From Histomonas meleagridis 2922-C6/04-290x (lineage: Eukaryota > Protista > Parabasalia): a DNA stretch of 64,000 nucleotides. Positions 1 through 11,543 of the stretch are shown piece by piece. The notes under the pieces are model-generated. The model was not told where the DNA came from. It ran no database searches and saw only the letters and a program-made list of their open reading frames with translations. Position 1 is the first letter of the stretch. Every line of letters begins with the position of its first letter. A program made the position numbers and the translations under genes. The stretch lies in contig JAANOX010000011.1 in the NCBI GenBank assembly GCA_020184695.1, positions 248,001 to 312,000 on the forward strand. Reading direction: 5' to 3'.

Positions 1-171
1 CATTAAGCTTGGAGGAATGTTATTATTTGACAAATTTTTGTGAATAACATTTTGCCATAAATTCAGTTTTAAATGCTCTTCATAAGCCCAAACTTGTGTT
101 GTGTGGTACCTCATATTCTACCAAAAAGTTAACGACGGTTAAAAGAAAACCCATTTGACCCTAATATCAAA

Positions 172-2327
172 ATGGAAATGTTACTCCAGCTACAAAAATC
201 TATTTTCAATTTAACAGTTGACAACTTCGATGAGTCAGTTGAATTAGTGATAAATCTATTTTCTGATGATATGCCATTTTCTTTTAATTTCATCATAAGT
301 AAGTTAATTTATTCAGCAATTGTTTCGCAAATTAAAAGTGTTAATATTAATCTTTATTTAAATTTTGTTAAAACATTTGAAATAAAAGTGAAAATTAATG
401 AAAAAAATAATCATATCATAAATGTTTTCTTACAATTTCTTCTTGATTTATATACCCAAGAATCATTTTATATATTAAATGAAATGATTAATCAAAATCT
501 AATTAATTCAGATTGTGTTCAAAAAAGTTTATCATTATTTTTTGGACACTACATTTCACCTGGTGAAATTCAAAAATTATTAAGTAAATCTCTGTCTCAT
601 GAAGAATGTAATAAAATTGGTTTACCGTTAATTAAACTCAATGATTACAAAGAATTTTCAAGGAATAATTTTGAACTTCATAAGCAATATATTAAAGAAG
701 GTGTTAATCCGAATGAAATTGAAAAAATAATTCGAAATGATGAGATAAAAAAACTTCAAGAAATATCATCACAAAGTAATTTTAATTTTAATCAAACAAT
801 TGAACCATCACTTTATGAAAGATGTTCATTTATCAATAAAGAAAATGTTACATTAATTGATTATGCTGCATTTTTTTCTGCAGTTAAATGTTTTAAGTAT
901 TTACTTATGAATGGCGCTAAAGTAGAAAACACAGGAAAATATGCAGTTGCAGGTGGAAATGCAGAAATTATTCATTTGTGTGAACAAAATCATTCATCAT
1001 TTGAAGATGCATCTGAAACAGCAATTGAATTTCATCGAAATGATATTTTTCAATATCTTTGTGATAATAAAATTAACAAATTAGGAAAAATTTATCGTTT
1101 AGAAGAATTTGGAGTTAAATGTATTTTATTCAATAATTTCGAAATTTTATCATTTTTGATTGATCACGGAATGAAAATCAACGATGATATTATTAATGAA
1201 GCAGCATTTAATGGTAATTATTATCTTATAAAATTTTGGCATCGAAAATATCTGTTTCCATATAAAATTTTATTATATTCTTTGAATTCTAAAAATCAAG
1301 AACTTGCTAAATATCTTCTCAATCTAAAAGTAATTAATATAGATGCAACAAATTTTTGTGAATTTTGTTTGAAATTTATTTTTTTATCTTCATATTTTGA
1401 AATAATAATTGGAAGTTATTTAAAATGTTTGAAACAGCACTTATTTTAGCTACTAAATATGGTTTAGTAGATATTGTTAAATTACTTCTTGAAAATAAAT
1501 TAATTAACATCAACAATAAGGATGTTATATTATTTTATTGCACTTTTGCTTTAATAGAATTGGATTTTAAAATAACATTTGGAAATTCTTTCAATTTCTT
1601 AATTCAGCACTTAAAATAGCAATAAAAAAAGGATATTGTTACCTAGTAACATAATATTGAAATTCTTAAATTACTACTTCAGCATGAAAGAATTGAAATA
1701 AATAATGTTTATTTAATTTGCTTCTGCGTCTACTTCTATGGGCATATGAAGAAGGCCAAACAGAAATTCTTAAATTTCTTCTCGAACAAGATTTTGTTGA
1801 TATCATAATTGATGTCAAAAGCGTGTATTTGTTATTATTGATGTATGTTTTAATATTTAACTATTTTAATATATTTACCGGAAATTACATATAATATTTC
1901 ATACAATACTTACGAAAGCAGCAGAAAATAACGATATTGAATTAATTAAAATGCTTCTTAATAAAAAAGAAATTGATATAAATATGCAAACTAATATTTA
2001 TTTTGATTTTTTACAATTTTATTATTATAATTGGAATATATTTTATTTGTTTTGGACAGCACTTATGTTCGCAACTTTAAATGGTAACAAAGAAATGGTT
2101 AAAATGCTTCTTGATCATGATGGAATTGATATCAATGCAAAAAATTTTTATTTGTCTTATTTAATGTTTATTTTGCTTGTGTTTCATTTCAATATAATAT
2201 TTGGTAATTATTTTAAATATTTGATACAGCATTAACAATCGCATCTGAATATAAACGTATAGAAATTGAAAAGTATTTTAATGAATTCATTTCACAGAAT
2301 GGACTCTATCGTTGCGTCCAATTTTAA
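172..2327 (+). CDS. DUF3447-type ankyrin-repeat protein, paralog A (divergent; C-terminal repeats interrupted by 17-nt-block spacers)
   Basis: ORF 172..1449 carries the family block IRNDxI..L/FNFNQTIEPSLYE/LIDYAAFFSAVKCFKYLL/AVAGGN.EIIHLCEQ. Downstream ankyrin segments (ETALILAT, WTALMFAT, DTALTIAS) are separated by spacers at 1354-1430, 1524-1600, 1823-1899, 1993-2052 and 2146-2222, plus a single 17-mer at 1707-1723. An unexplained 19-nt insert lies at 1637-1655. Confidence 0.75.
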
Positions 2328-2565
2328 AAAATATTATTTATGCACTTTTTCCCACACCAAATATTTTTTTTAATAAAAATTTCATGGTTAAAATTATTTA
2401 TATAAAAAATTATGGGGATGAAATTATTATAATAAATTATGATATCCATTAAAAATAATATGATTTTTATTTATATCTATTTCATGCGAAAATAATTAAA
2501 ACCAAAAATCGCTTATAACAACAAATAAAAACAGAAAAATTATTTGTCCCAAAACAAATATTTAT

Positions 2566-5385
2566 TTAAATAACGCTATCAATAATATTAATCGACAAAT
2601 GTGGAACATTTTCGATGTCTTCTTTTTCCTTCTTTTTATTTCTATATAATACAAACACAATGACAAGTGCAACAATTATAATGGCCACAAATGGAACGCC
2701 GATGTAAACCAAATACATTAACTTATCAAATTCATTAAATTTTGTATATCCATCGCATTTATCTTTCAAATCATTATTAACATCAATATTAATACCTAAC
2801 CATAGCTCATCATTGCAAAGATTAACGTCACTGCAATTGTTTTGATAATTTTCATAATCATCTTCATTAGGTAAACAAATACTTAAATTTTTGTTTTGAA
2901 AGATATTATTATTAAATGTTATAGGTGGTGTTGACGCTAAAACAATAACTTGTATGTTGTTACAATTATAAAATATATTCGTGGAATTAATTGATACTGT
3001 TTTTAGGCTGGGAAGAGATACATATTCCAAATTAGTACAATTATAGAAATGATTATCACCTTCAAAATAATTCACATCTTCAAGAAATGCTGTACGTAAT
3101 GAAATGCAATCTCTAAAACATGATGAAGGTAATGTCGTTAATGAATTTAATAAAATGTTTACAAGTTTAATGCATCCTAAAAATGCATTATCTCCAATAC
3201 GTATAATATGATTTATGTTAACCCTTTCAAGTGATATACAATGTTCGAATGTGTTTGTTCCTTGAATACGCATTAAATTTTCCATATTTATTGTTTTTAA
3301 TGATAAACAATGTGAAAATTCAAATCCTGAATTATATTGATCCATATATTTAATGTTCGGCATATTAATTTGTGTTAATTTAGTACAATTATAAAATAAA
3401 TATCCTTTACTTTCATTGAGATTTTGTAATGACACATATTCCAATGTTGCAATGTTACCAAATAAAAATATTGGCGACGTGATCAGTGAATCCATGGAAA
3501 TATGTGTCAATGAACTACAATTAATAGCAATTGGACCTTCTTTAACATATTTTATGGTGTTTAAATTTAATGTTTGTAATGAATGGCAATTAACAAATGC
3601 TGTGTTAGATATATTAATAACTTTTGGTAATGTAACATTAAAAATATTTGGACAACTACATATAAAATGATTTCCAATTGTTTTTAGTTCTGGTAAATAA
3701 ATAACTTCAATTTTGTTACATGAATGAATTAATTCAGAACCAAAACTTTCTAATTTTGGTAATGATATATTAATTAAATTATCGCAATATGAAAACGAAT
3801 ATGAACCAATGTATTCAAGTTTTGGTAATTCGATTTCGATTAATTTATTACAATTATATAAAAAATAATCGCCAATAATTGTAACATTAGGAAAACAAAT
3901 TGTTTCAACGATATCATAAGCATTTGTAAATGCATTATTTCCTATGCTAATTAAATTATTAAATTCAAAATGAGTAATGTTTACATCCGATATGAAACTG
4001 TCGGATGCATATTTTAAATTTGGTAAATTTAATATTGTTAATTTTATAGATCCCATGAATGGATTACTTCCAATTGTCTCAAGTTTAGGAAGAGTTAAGT
4101 TTACTAGATTTGGAATATTAGCAAATGCAAAATCAGAACACGTTTCAAGTTCTGGTAAATATATTTCAGTAATATATTGACAATTATTAAATACGTATTC
4201 ATCACAACTTTTAAGTTTTGGTAATGATATACTATCCAAATTTGTGTCACTAAATACATAACTTCCAATATGTTCACAATATTCAAATGAAAAAATTGAT
4301 TGATCAAGTATCACAGAAATTTCTGCAAAGGCAAAATCATTAATTCGTTTTATTTTCGTATTTTCAAAATAATTATCAGTAAAAGAAACGCCACGAAAAG
4401 CATCTTTTCCAATTGTTTCAACTTTGGATAATATAAGTGTAAATGTATGTGAAAATTGATAAAATAAACTATCAGGTATATCTCTTAAATTTGGTAATAT
4501 AATATAAGATAATATTATGCAGCCATCAATAAAAGGACCGCTTGCATATTCAAGTGAGGTTAAATTAAGAATTTCTAAATTTATGTTGTTGTAAAATGCG
4601 CCGGTCGAAATGTTCTGAATATTTGGCAAGTTTACATTTTTTAATGAGAAGCAATATGAAAACGCTTGCTCTCTCACTTCTTTAACACTAGGTAAGTCAA
4701 CACTTTCAAGACTACTGCAATGAGAAAACGTATATGCATAGACTGACTCAAGTTTAGGAAAACTTATTGATAAAAGATTATAACAATCATTGAACGCATG
4801 ATGATCGCATGATATCATATTAGGAAGGGTAATGTTTCGGAGAGAAATGCAGCTATCAAATGCGTAATTTGAAATTTCTCTAACTTTTGGAAATGATAAG
4901 GTCTCGAGACTTTTGCACATTTTAAATGCTTGCATACCAATATAGACTAAGTTTGGGGCCTCAAATGAAGTCAAGTTCACGCATTCAAAAAACGAATCCG
5001 CACCAAGTGATTCAAGATTATCAAAATAAACATACTTTAATTTTGGACAAGATTTAAAAAACAAAAAGGAATAGCTAAGTCTTGCACTGACGTTAAGATT
5101 TTCTAATCCCGTGGAAAAAACTATTAATTCATATAAATCATCTACAATTACAACATTCCTCGAAAAAGATAAATTTTTAATAAATCGGCACCATGAAGCA
5201 ATTAAAACCATGTTTTTTCCATAAGTAAAATTCCCATGAATTACATCTACATCCGAAAAGTCTGTTATATTTGTCAACAACGCATTATTGAGTGCATCTG
5301 AAAATGATTCGCCAGTAATGATAGCACTTTTGTTTATAAGTATTTCAAGAAATGCATATGAAAGAATTGGAAGTATAAAAAACAT
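2566..5385 (-). CDS. BspA-like leucine-rich-repeat (TpLRR/LRR_5) type-I surface protein
   Basis: 939-aa ORF with a hydrophobic N-terminus, many repeats of the form AFxxCxxLxxIxLPxLxxI, a TM segment (YIGVPFVAIIIVALVIVFVLY) and a short basic/acidic cytosolic tail. Confidence 0.9.
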   Translation of the reverse strand: MFFILPILSYAFLEILINKSAIITGESFSDALNNALLTNITDFSDVDVIHGNFTYGKNMVLIASWCRFIKNLSFSRNVVIVDDLYELIVFSTGLENLNVSARLSYSFLFFKSCPKLKYVYFDNLESLGADSFFECVNLTSFEAPNLVYIGMQAFKMCKSLETLSFPKVREISNYAFDSCISLRNITLPNMISCDHHAFNDCYNLLSISFPKLESVYAYTFSHCSSLESVDLPSVKEVREQAFSYCFSLKNVNLPNIQNISTGAFYNNINLEILNLTSLEYASGPFIDGCIILSYIILPNLRDIPDSLFYQFSHTFTLILSKVETIGKDAFRGVSFTDNYFENTKIKRINDFAFAEISVILDQSIFSFEYCEHIGSYVFSDTNLDSISLPKLKSCDEYVFNNCQYITEIYLPELETCSDFAFANIPNLVNLTLPKLETIGSNPFMGSIKLTILNLPNLKYASDSFISDVNITHFEFNNLISIGNNAFTNAYDIVETICFPNVTIIGDYFLYNCNKLIEIELPKLEYIGSYSFSYCDNLINISLPKLESFGSELIHSCNKIEVIYLPELKTIGNHFICSCPNIFNVTLPKVINISNTAFVNCHSLQTLNLNTIKYVKEGPIAINCSSLTHISMDSLITSPIFLFGNIATLEYVSLQNLNESKGYLFYNCTKLTQINMPNIKYMDQYNSGFEFSHCLSLKTINMENLMRIQGTNTFEHCISLERVNINHIIRIGDNAFLGCIKLVNILLNSLTTLPSSCFRDCISLRTAFLEDVNYFEGDNHFYNCTNLEYVSLPSLKTVSINSTNIFYNCNNIQVIVLASTPPITFNNNIFQNKNLSICLPNEDDYENYQNNCSDVNLCNDELWLGINIDVNNDLKDKCDGYTKFNEFDKLMYLVYIGVPFVAIIIVALVIVFVLYRNKKKEKEDIENVPHLSINIIDSVI

Positions 5386-5806
5386 TTGGATTTATATGGG
5401 AAATTGACGGTATTCAAATTTTGAATATTGTATACAATTGTTGAACATGATCCATGAATCGGAGTCCTTTGGGTTTCTTCTTCTTTTTGGAAGAAATTGT
5501 TTATGAAGTTCAAGTTTATCAACTAAATAAGCTTGTTTTTATTTTCATTCAAATTTGGAAAAATTTCATCAATAGATAATTCGTCACTAAATTAAATCAA
5601 CTTAGAGGTTTGAAGATTTTTTTAATACACACATAGTTGAACTGTCTCCTCATTCAAAAAGGGGAATTATCTTGTTCTAAAGAAAAGAATTTTGAAATGA
5701 TGCTTTGGATTCTGTCCATAAACATCAAAAAACCACAAAAATAAAATTAACTATATTACAAATATCAACACATTCCAATTTAAAACTTATTTGGAGAATT
5801 ATTGAG

Positions 5807-6004
5807 AAAAAGAAAGAAGCAAAAATAAAAAATAGAATAAAAGAATTATATCAGAAATATTTAATATGTAAAAAAACTTTTGAACAAGAAAAACAAATTA
5901 GTTATGAAGAAAGTTACTCTTTGCCTATCGATAAGGATTTAAGAAAAGTTATTGAAAAAATCGATCTATCAATTAATAGTCTTCAAAAGGAATTAGATAT
6001 ATAG
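5807..6004 (+). pseudogene. 3' fragment of the coiled-coil gene at 33855..35195 (duplicated, inverted)
   Basis: KKEAKIKNRIKELYQKYL..KKTFEQEKQIS.EESYSLPIDKDLRKVIEKIDLSINSLQKELDI matches the C-terminus of ORF 33855..35195. Homology stops abruptly near 5807. Confidence 0.85.
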
Positions 6005-6074
6005 TTTTTAATAAAATGTTATTTAATTTTATAATGAAATTTTATTTTTTTGTGAACCGTTTATTATTTAAATT

Positions 6075-7892
6075 ATGAAAGTGTTGAAATCTTTAGAACA
6101 AATCGTGTTTAATTTAACTGATGAAAACTTTGATTCATTAATTCAACAAACAATGCAATTATTTGAACTAAATTATGTATATTCATTCAATTTGATCATT
6201 TGTAGATTGGTTTACGTTGCATTTTTTTCACAAAAGAATCCAAATGATTTATATTTAAAATACTTAGAATCAATTCAAGCAAAAGAAGAAATGGCCAAAA
6301 AAATGAATACAAAATTATAAATATTTTTTCCAATTTTTATGTTAAAAATGAGGACACAAGAATCATATTATTTGATTAATAAAATGATTGAACGAAATTT
6401 AATCAAAGCAGATATTACTAAAAATATTAATTCTAAATATTTTGCACACTTTAAAAATGAAAAAGAAATTAAAAATCCGAAATTAATTTGGCATTTAAAT
6501 CATAGAAATTATGATATAACAGAAAAAACATTTTTTTATAATTATGAAAAGCTTTTATATAATAATTTTGAACTTCATAAGAAATTAATTCAAGAAGGTG
6601 TTAATCCGAATGAAATTGCGAAAATAATTCGAAATGATGAAATTGAAGAACTTCAAGAAATATCAACAAAACCAAATTTTAATTTTAATCAAACAATTGA
6701 ACCATCACTTTATGAAAAATGTTCATTTATTAATCAAAGAAATATTTCATTAATTGATTATGCAGCATTTTTTTCAGCAGTTAAATGTTTTAAATTTTTA
6801 TTAATGAATGAAGCAAAAGTAACTAATACAGGAAAATATGCAATTGCAGGTGGAAATGAAGAAATTATTCATTTATGCGAGCAAAATCATTCATCATTTG
6901 AAGGTGCATATAAAACAGCAATTGAATTCCATCGAAATAATATCTTTAAATATCTTTATGAAAATCATTTAGAAATCTTTAACATTAATAAATTAGGATG
7001 TTTTTGTATTAAGAGTGCAAATTATGAAATCATTTCATTTTTGGAAAAAAATGGAATGACAATTAATGATGATATTATATATGAAGCGATAGGAACTGGA
7101 AATTTTTATCTTGCAAAACATTTTTTTCAAAATAATCAAATTCCAAAATATGTCTTGAAATCATCCGTTGAATCAAGAAATCTTGAACTTATCAAATATA
7201 TTATTGAGCAAGGGATTGATATCAATGTTAAAGATATTTATTTATTTTATTTGATATTTCAAAACAATATTAGGAAAATATTTAAATTATTTGAAACAGC
7301 ATTTATATGGGCATCTTTTAGAGGTTTTACAGAAATAGTTCAGTTACTTCTTGAACAAGAAGAAATTGATATTAATGCTAAAAATATTTATTTGTTTTAT
7401 TTGATATTAATTTTGATAGTTTCATATTGAAAAATAGAATTTGGAATATGTTCATATTATTTTATACTGCGCTTATATGGGCATCTTTTAGAGGTTTTAC
7501 AGAAATAGTTCAGTTACTTCTTGAACAAAAAGGAATTGATATTAATGCTAAAGATATACATTTGTTTTATTTAAAATTTATTTTAATAATTCGATATTTC
7601 AATATAATATTTGGTAATTATTTAAATTATTTTGGACAGCACTTATGTTTGCATCTATAAATGGCCATACCGAAATAGTTAAATTACTTCTCGAACAAGA
7701 AGAAATTGATATTAATGCTAAAGATAGACATTTGTTTTATTTAAAATTTATTTTAATAATTTACTGTTTCAATATAATATTTGGCAATTATTTGGGTTGT
7801 TTGATACAGCACTTATGAAAGCATCTCATAAAGGTTATATAGAAATCGTAAAATTACTTGAAGAAATAAGTAATAAAAGAAATATCATTTAA
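6075..7892 (+). CDS. DUF3447-type ankyrin-repeat protein, paralog B (4 spacers)
   Basis: ORFs 6075..6320 and 6339..7430 are split at an A-run near 6296-6303, probably a homopolymer error, since the paralog at 33107..33778 is continuous there. Spacers lie at 7236-7292 (57 nt), 7386-7462, 7556-7632 and 7726-7802 (77 nt each). The terminal repeat DTALMKASHKGYIEIVKLLEE ends at TAA 7890-7892. Confidence 0.8.
7556..7632 (+). other. Representative 77-nt spacer: four 17-nt intervening blocks flanking three single-codon micro-exons
   Basis: GAT|atacatttgttttattt|AAA(7573-75)|atttattttaataattc|GAT(7593-95)|atttcaatataatattt|GGT(7613-15)|aattatttaaattattt|TGG ACA GCA CTT, which reads D-K-D-G-W-T-A-L. 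Confidence 0.85.
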
Positions 7893-8618
7893 TTGTTATT
7901 TCAATATTTTTTCATGCTTTTCTTGCATCAAAATATTATGATTATACAAAAATTTTTTATAAAATTTCTTATTGAATTTATTATTTTTTTTTAATTTTCT
8001 TTCTTTCTATTCTTTTGAAATATTTAAAAACTCATTTAAGTACTATTGTACTTCGGGTATACTTGTAAATTAATTTAAGAAAACCTGTTTACTCGGCTAA
8101 CTAAGGCTAAGGTATATTCTTTTGATAATTTTAAAAATATATCTGTTATGACATCCGATTTATATCAAAATGAAACATTTGGAGAAATTAACATATGTTA
8201 ACATATCCAAAGAAACCCCAATTGATGAATGTGATCAAAATCCTTGTTCACCCCATCAAATTAAAATCCTCGAATCAAAAGTCATCCAAATATTCAATAC
8301 GCCCAAATATTATTACAAGACACAGATATAATAATCAGTAAAATATTTGATAACTTTCCAATTGGTCAAAAAGAAATCACAACACAACAAAGCAAAGAAG
8401 AACATAAACATCTAAAGTATCTCATTAATACAATATTATTAACACATAATATTGAAGTTTTTACACAGTTGCGTTTGCGTAAAAAGTAAAATCTCACTCA
8501 TTTGCTTTTTAAGACAAAATAATTTAAATTTCAATTTTTTCTTTGATATCAATATAAGCTGAAAAATAATATTTACTTAATTTAAATTTGTGCAAATGTT
8601 ATTAAAAACGTATTTACT

Positions 8619-9482
8619 TCAAAACACATATTTCCACAGAATGAATCCAACGCAACATATCAATAATATCACCAAAAACACATCCATGCAGCAGCCAGAC
8701 TTCGTCCCTAATGCATCTTTTGTCTTTTCCAATCGACTATTTGCATCATCCAAATTTTCCTGCGTTTTGTCCATTTGTTTATCGACGTCGTCAGTCATCA
8801 CGCTCAGTATTTGGTACTCGTCGTGCATTGTTTTCGCAAGATGCTTTAAGACTTCAGTACCTTCGAGAACTTGATCAAGTTTTTCATCAATTGCTTGTTC
8901 GTTCTCATTGATCTGCATTTGCCACTCATCAATTCCATCGATTTCTTCAAGTTCTGTTTGCGTTGGATCTTGTGGAACAAACGTAACTAATTCTGGATTT
9001 ATATTTGTGGAAAAGTTAGAACCTTTAAGAAGAGCAGACTTGAGAGGATCACTTTTTTGACTGACAAAGGAAAGGCCTTTGAACCAGCGTTCACATTCTT
9101 CAATATGGGCATCAATTAAATCACACATCTTATAACGGTTCTCAATATTTGGACATTCTTTGCCTTTTTTGGAAAACTTTGCTTCTTCTTTGATTACTAG
9201 ATCACGAATTGCTTTTGATTCTTCTTTTGCATTTTGAATTTTAGTTCTGATTAATGTTGATTGACGAATAATTTCTTGCTTGTCATCACGGGTACCACGA
9301 GCAGAAGCGTAACGATCTCTTTCGGCGATATCATTTCGAATTTCACGAATGAGAAGATTAATTTCTCGCTTTTTTCGAGTAAATTTATCAACCTTTTTGT
9401 TGTTTTGATTTTGGTTTTGTTGGTTATCTTTATTTCCGGTTGCTTTTCCTATTTCTTCAACACGGCGCAAAAGCTTTTCCAT
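8619..9482 (-). CDS. Syntaxin-like t-SNARE (Qc/SYP7-like architecture)
   Basis: N-terminal helical region, a SNARE heptad (IDEKLDQVLEGTEVLKHLAKTMHDEYQILSVMTDDVDKQMDKT) and a C-terminal TM anchor (VFLVILLICCVGFILWKYVF). Confidence 0.8.
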   Translation of the reverse strand: MEKLLRRVEEIGKATGNKDNQQNQNQNNKKVDKFTRKKREINLLIREIRNDIAERDRYASARGTRDDKQEIIRQSTLIRTKIQNAKEESKAIRDLVIKEEAKFSKKGKECPNIENRYKMCDLIDAHIEECERWFKGLSFVSQKSDPLKSALLKGSNFSTNINPELVTFVPQDPTQTELEEIDGIDEWQMQINENEQAIDEKLDQVLEGTEVLKHLAKTMHDEYQILSVMTDDVDKQMDKTQENLDDANSRLEKTKDALGTKSGCCMDVFLVILLICCVGFILWKYVF

Positions 9483-9776
9483 TTTGTGATGTCAAAACGT
9501 TTTTTTCAAAGCTTTACTCAGTTATTGTGATTGAATTAAAAGTGTCACTATGAAAACATGTTTTTTCGTGGCAGAAATTCAAATTAAGAATGATGCTTGC
9601 AAAAAACGATGTGCAATGTTTGTTTTTTGGTTTTTTTACAGAAGGAATTCATGGTGTAATCGTTCGAATGAAGCCATATGGTGTTTTACTTCTCGTCTTT
9701 TGTTTGTGAATTAAAAAAGTGTGATAAATCATAAAGTATTCAAAAAGTTGAATAAACTTTTGTAATTGAAAACAAG

Positions 9777-11240
9777 ATGAACCAAACCATTTTTTATGTA
9801 CCTGAATATGAAAGCAAAAATCCATTTTACTTTGCAGGAAATGCTAATTACTTGTCTTCAATTCCTGATACAGTACCAAATTATCAGCTTTGGGCACAAA
9901 TTGATAAACTTGATACGATAACATCGCATTATATAATATTATGTACAAAATCGGAAGACTCTTCTTCGTTTTTATATAAAGTCAGCTTAGCAGATAATTT
10001 TCAGAGTGTTTCTCGAATTTTCGAAATTTCGTTAGATAACGTTTTTTATGTGCCAATAGAAAGGTTCCTTGAACATGAGCGAAATCATCCGTGCGTTGCA
10101 ATTCCAGATAATAATTGGAGTAGATGTTCATTACGTTTTCATGAAATATCAGCATTTTATCGCCTTAACATTATTCCCTCTCTTACTCAAATTACTTTTT
10201 CACAAGATGTATATTTTGAGTCAATGAAAGAATTATTTTATTCTACTTACAAATTTCCAAATACATATCCACTTGAATATGCGCTTTCATCATTATTTTC
10301 CGAAATTCTTTTTGCTCTTGAATTTTTTGGTTTTGCTACTCCTCGGAACTCTGATGAAATTCTCTCACTTCAAGAATCAAGAAATTTATCTGATCGTTTT
10401 ATTAACGAAATCAAACGTAACAATGACTCCTTCACTTCCAATCGCTTCTTTGCCTTTTCTGAACTCAAGTATGCCATAATTCGATATCACACAACATGTT
10501 TTCCGAATCGCAATATTCCATCTGACATCATTGATTATGAATCATTTTCATGTCTTCAACGATCCATTTACTTTGTTCATGAGTCCCTCAACAAACTTGG
10601 CCATATTTCATCGCTTAAAACCAATTTCCGCGAAACGTTATTTAATGGCATTTCAAATTATCAAAAAGTGAATAATGTAATTTCGGGTTTTTGTGATATG
10701 TACACATTACGTAATATCTACGCAAGCATATTCACAAGCGGCGTAGACTTTTTTGCGCTGTGTAGAATGAGCGACATCAAAATCATTAATCCTGAGAAAC
10801 CATTGTGCAAAAATAAAATGAAAATAACTTCTTCGAATAGTAATAACAATCAAATATGCGATTTATTAAATCATGTTTTGAGTTGTGTTTTTGATCGGAG
10901 CGAAATCCCTTTGTGGATTATTAACGAGGCAGAAAAATCGCTGAATGAAAAAATTGTAAAAATTTCTGAGTTGAAAAATAATATCAAAAGCGCATTGGAC
11001 AAAACATATGCTGTTGAAGAGGCATTGGAATATGCGCTGGATAGTAAAGATAAAACAAATGAAAAATTAATCGAAAGTTGTAACGTAATAAGAGAAATAA
11101 GTGACGAAAATATGAAAATTAGAAAAGAATTTGTAAACGTGAGAAAAAGATTGCGAGATATGAAAAAAGGAAATTTGCTGCTGGCGATAATTATTATTGT
11201 TTTGAGTATTATGGTGATAAAGGAGTTTCGAAATAAGTAA
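9777..11240 (+). CDS. Hypothetical protein with C-terminal coiled coil and tail transmembrane anchor
   Basis: 487-aa ORF with a heptad-rich region followed by LLLAIIIIVLSIMVI near the C-terminus. Confidence 0.7.
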   Translation: MNQTIFYVPEYESKNPFYFAGNANYLSSIPDTVPNYQLWAQIDKLDTITSHYIILCTKSEDSSSFLYKVSLADNFQSVSRIFEISLDNVFYVPIERFLEHERNHPCVAIPDNNWSRCSLRFHEISAFYRLNIIPSLTQITFSQDVYFESMKELFYSTYKFPNTYPLEYALSSLFSEILFALEFFGFATPRNSDEILSLQESRNLSDRFINEIKRNNDSFTSNRFFAFSELKYAIIRYHTTCFPNRNIPSDIIDYESFSCLQRSIYFVHESLNKLGHISSLKTNFRETLFNGISNYQKVNNVISGFCDMYTLRNIYASIFTSGVDFFALCRMSDIKIINPEKPLCKNKMKITSSNSNNNQICDLLNHVLSCVFDRSEIPLWIINEAEKSLNEKIVKISELKNNIKSALDKTYAVEEALEYALDSKDKTNEKLIESCNVIREISDENMKIRKEFVNVRKRLRDMKKGNLLLAIIIIVLSIMVIKEFRNK

Positions 11241-11543
11241 ATTGTTATTAATTTTTAAATTTTGGTTTTATTTTTTAAAACTTAAAAACATTAATTTTTT
11301 AAAAAAAACTCACATTGTTATACAAAGGAATATTGTAGTATTATGTACTGTAAGTGCCAAAAATCATTGGACAAATTAAATGACCATAATGTAATTTTTT
11401 AGAAATAGTTGTCTTCCCTGAAATCTGCAATTTTTCATACACAAAATCACATTCTATTCCCTAAAAACTTTATTTCATATTGTATAGTATTAAATACACC
11501 ATAGAGATATTCTTTTATTTATTTACACGATATTTATATCGCA

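Noticed and set aside
6290-6345. Programmed frameshifting at A-runs (also near 29620, 33145 and 50525)
   Set aside because: The twin paralogs B and E are each broken at a different homopolymer and intact at the other, and sibling repeats near 27380 and 27640 show extra bases only in homopolymers. This is typical of long-read errors.
7386-7470. Canonical GT-AG intron reading of the spacers (GT at spacer position 9; AG in the ACA-GCA of the next repeat)
   Set aside because: Splicing there leaves 94-nt units, shifts the frame and deletes the conserved Thr. The GT is absent from several copies and the AG is absent in the ACT-GCG copy.
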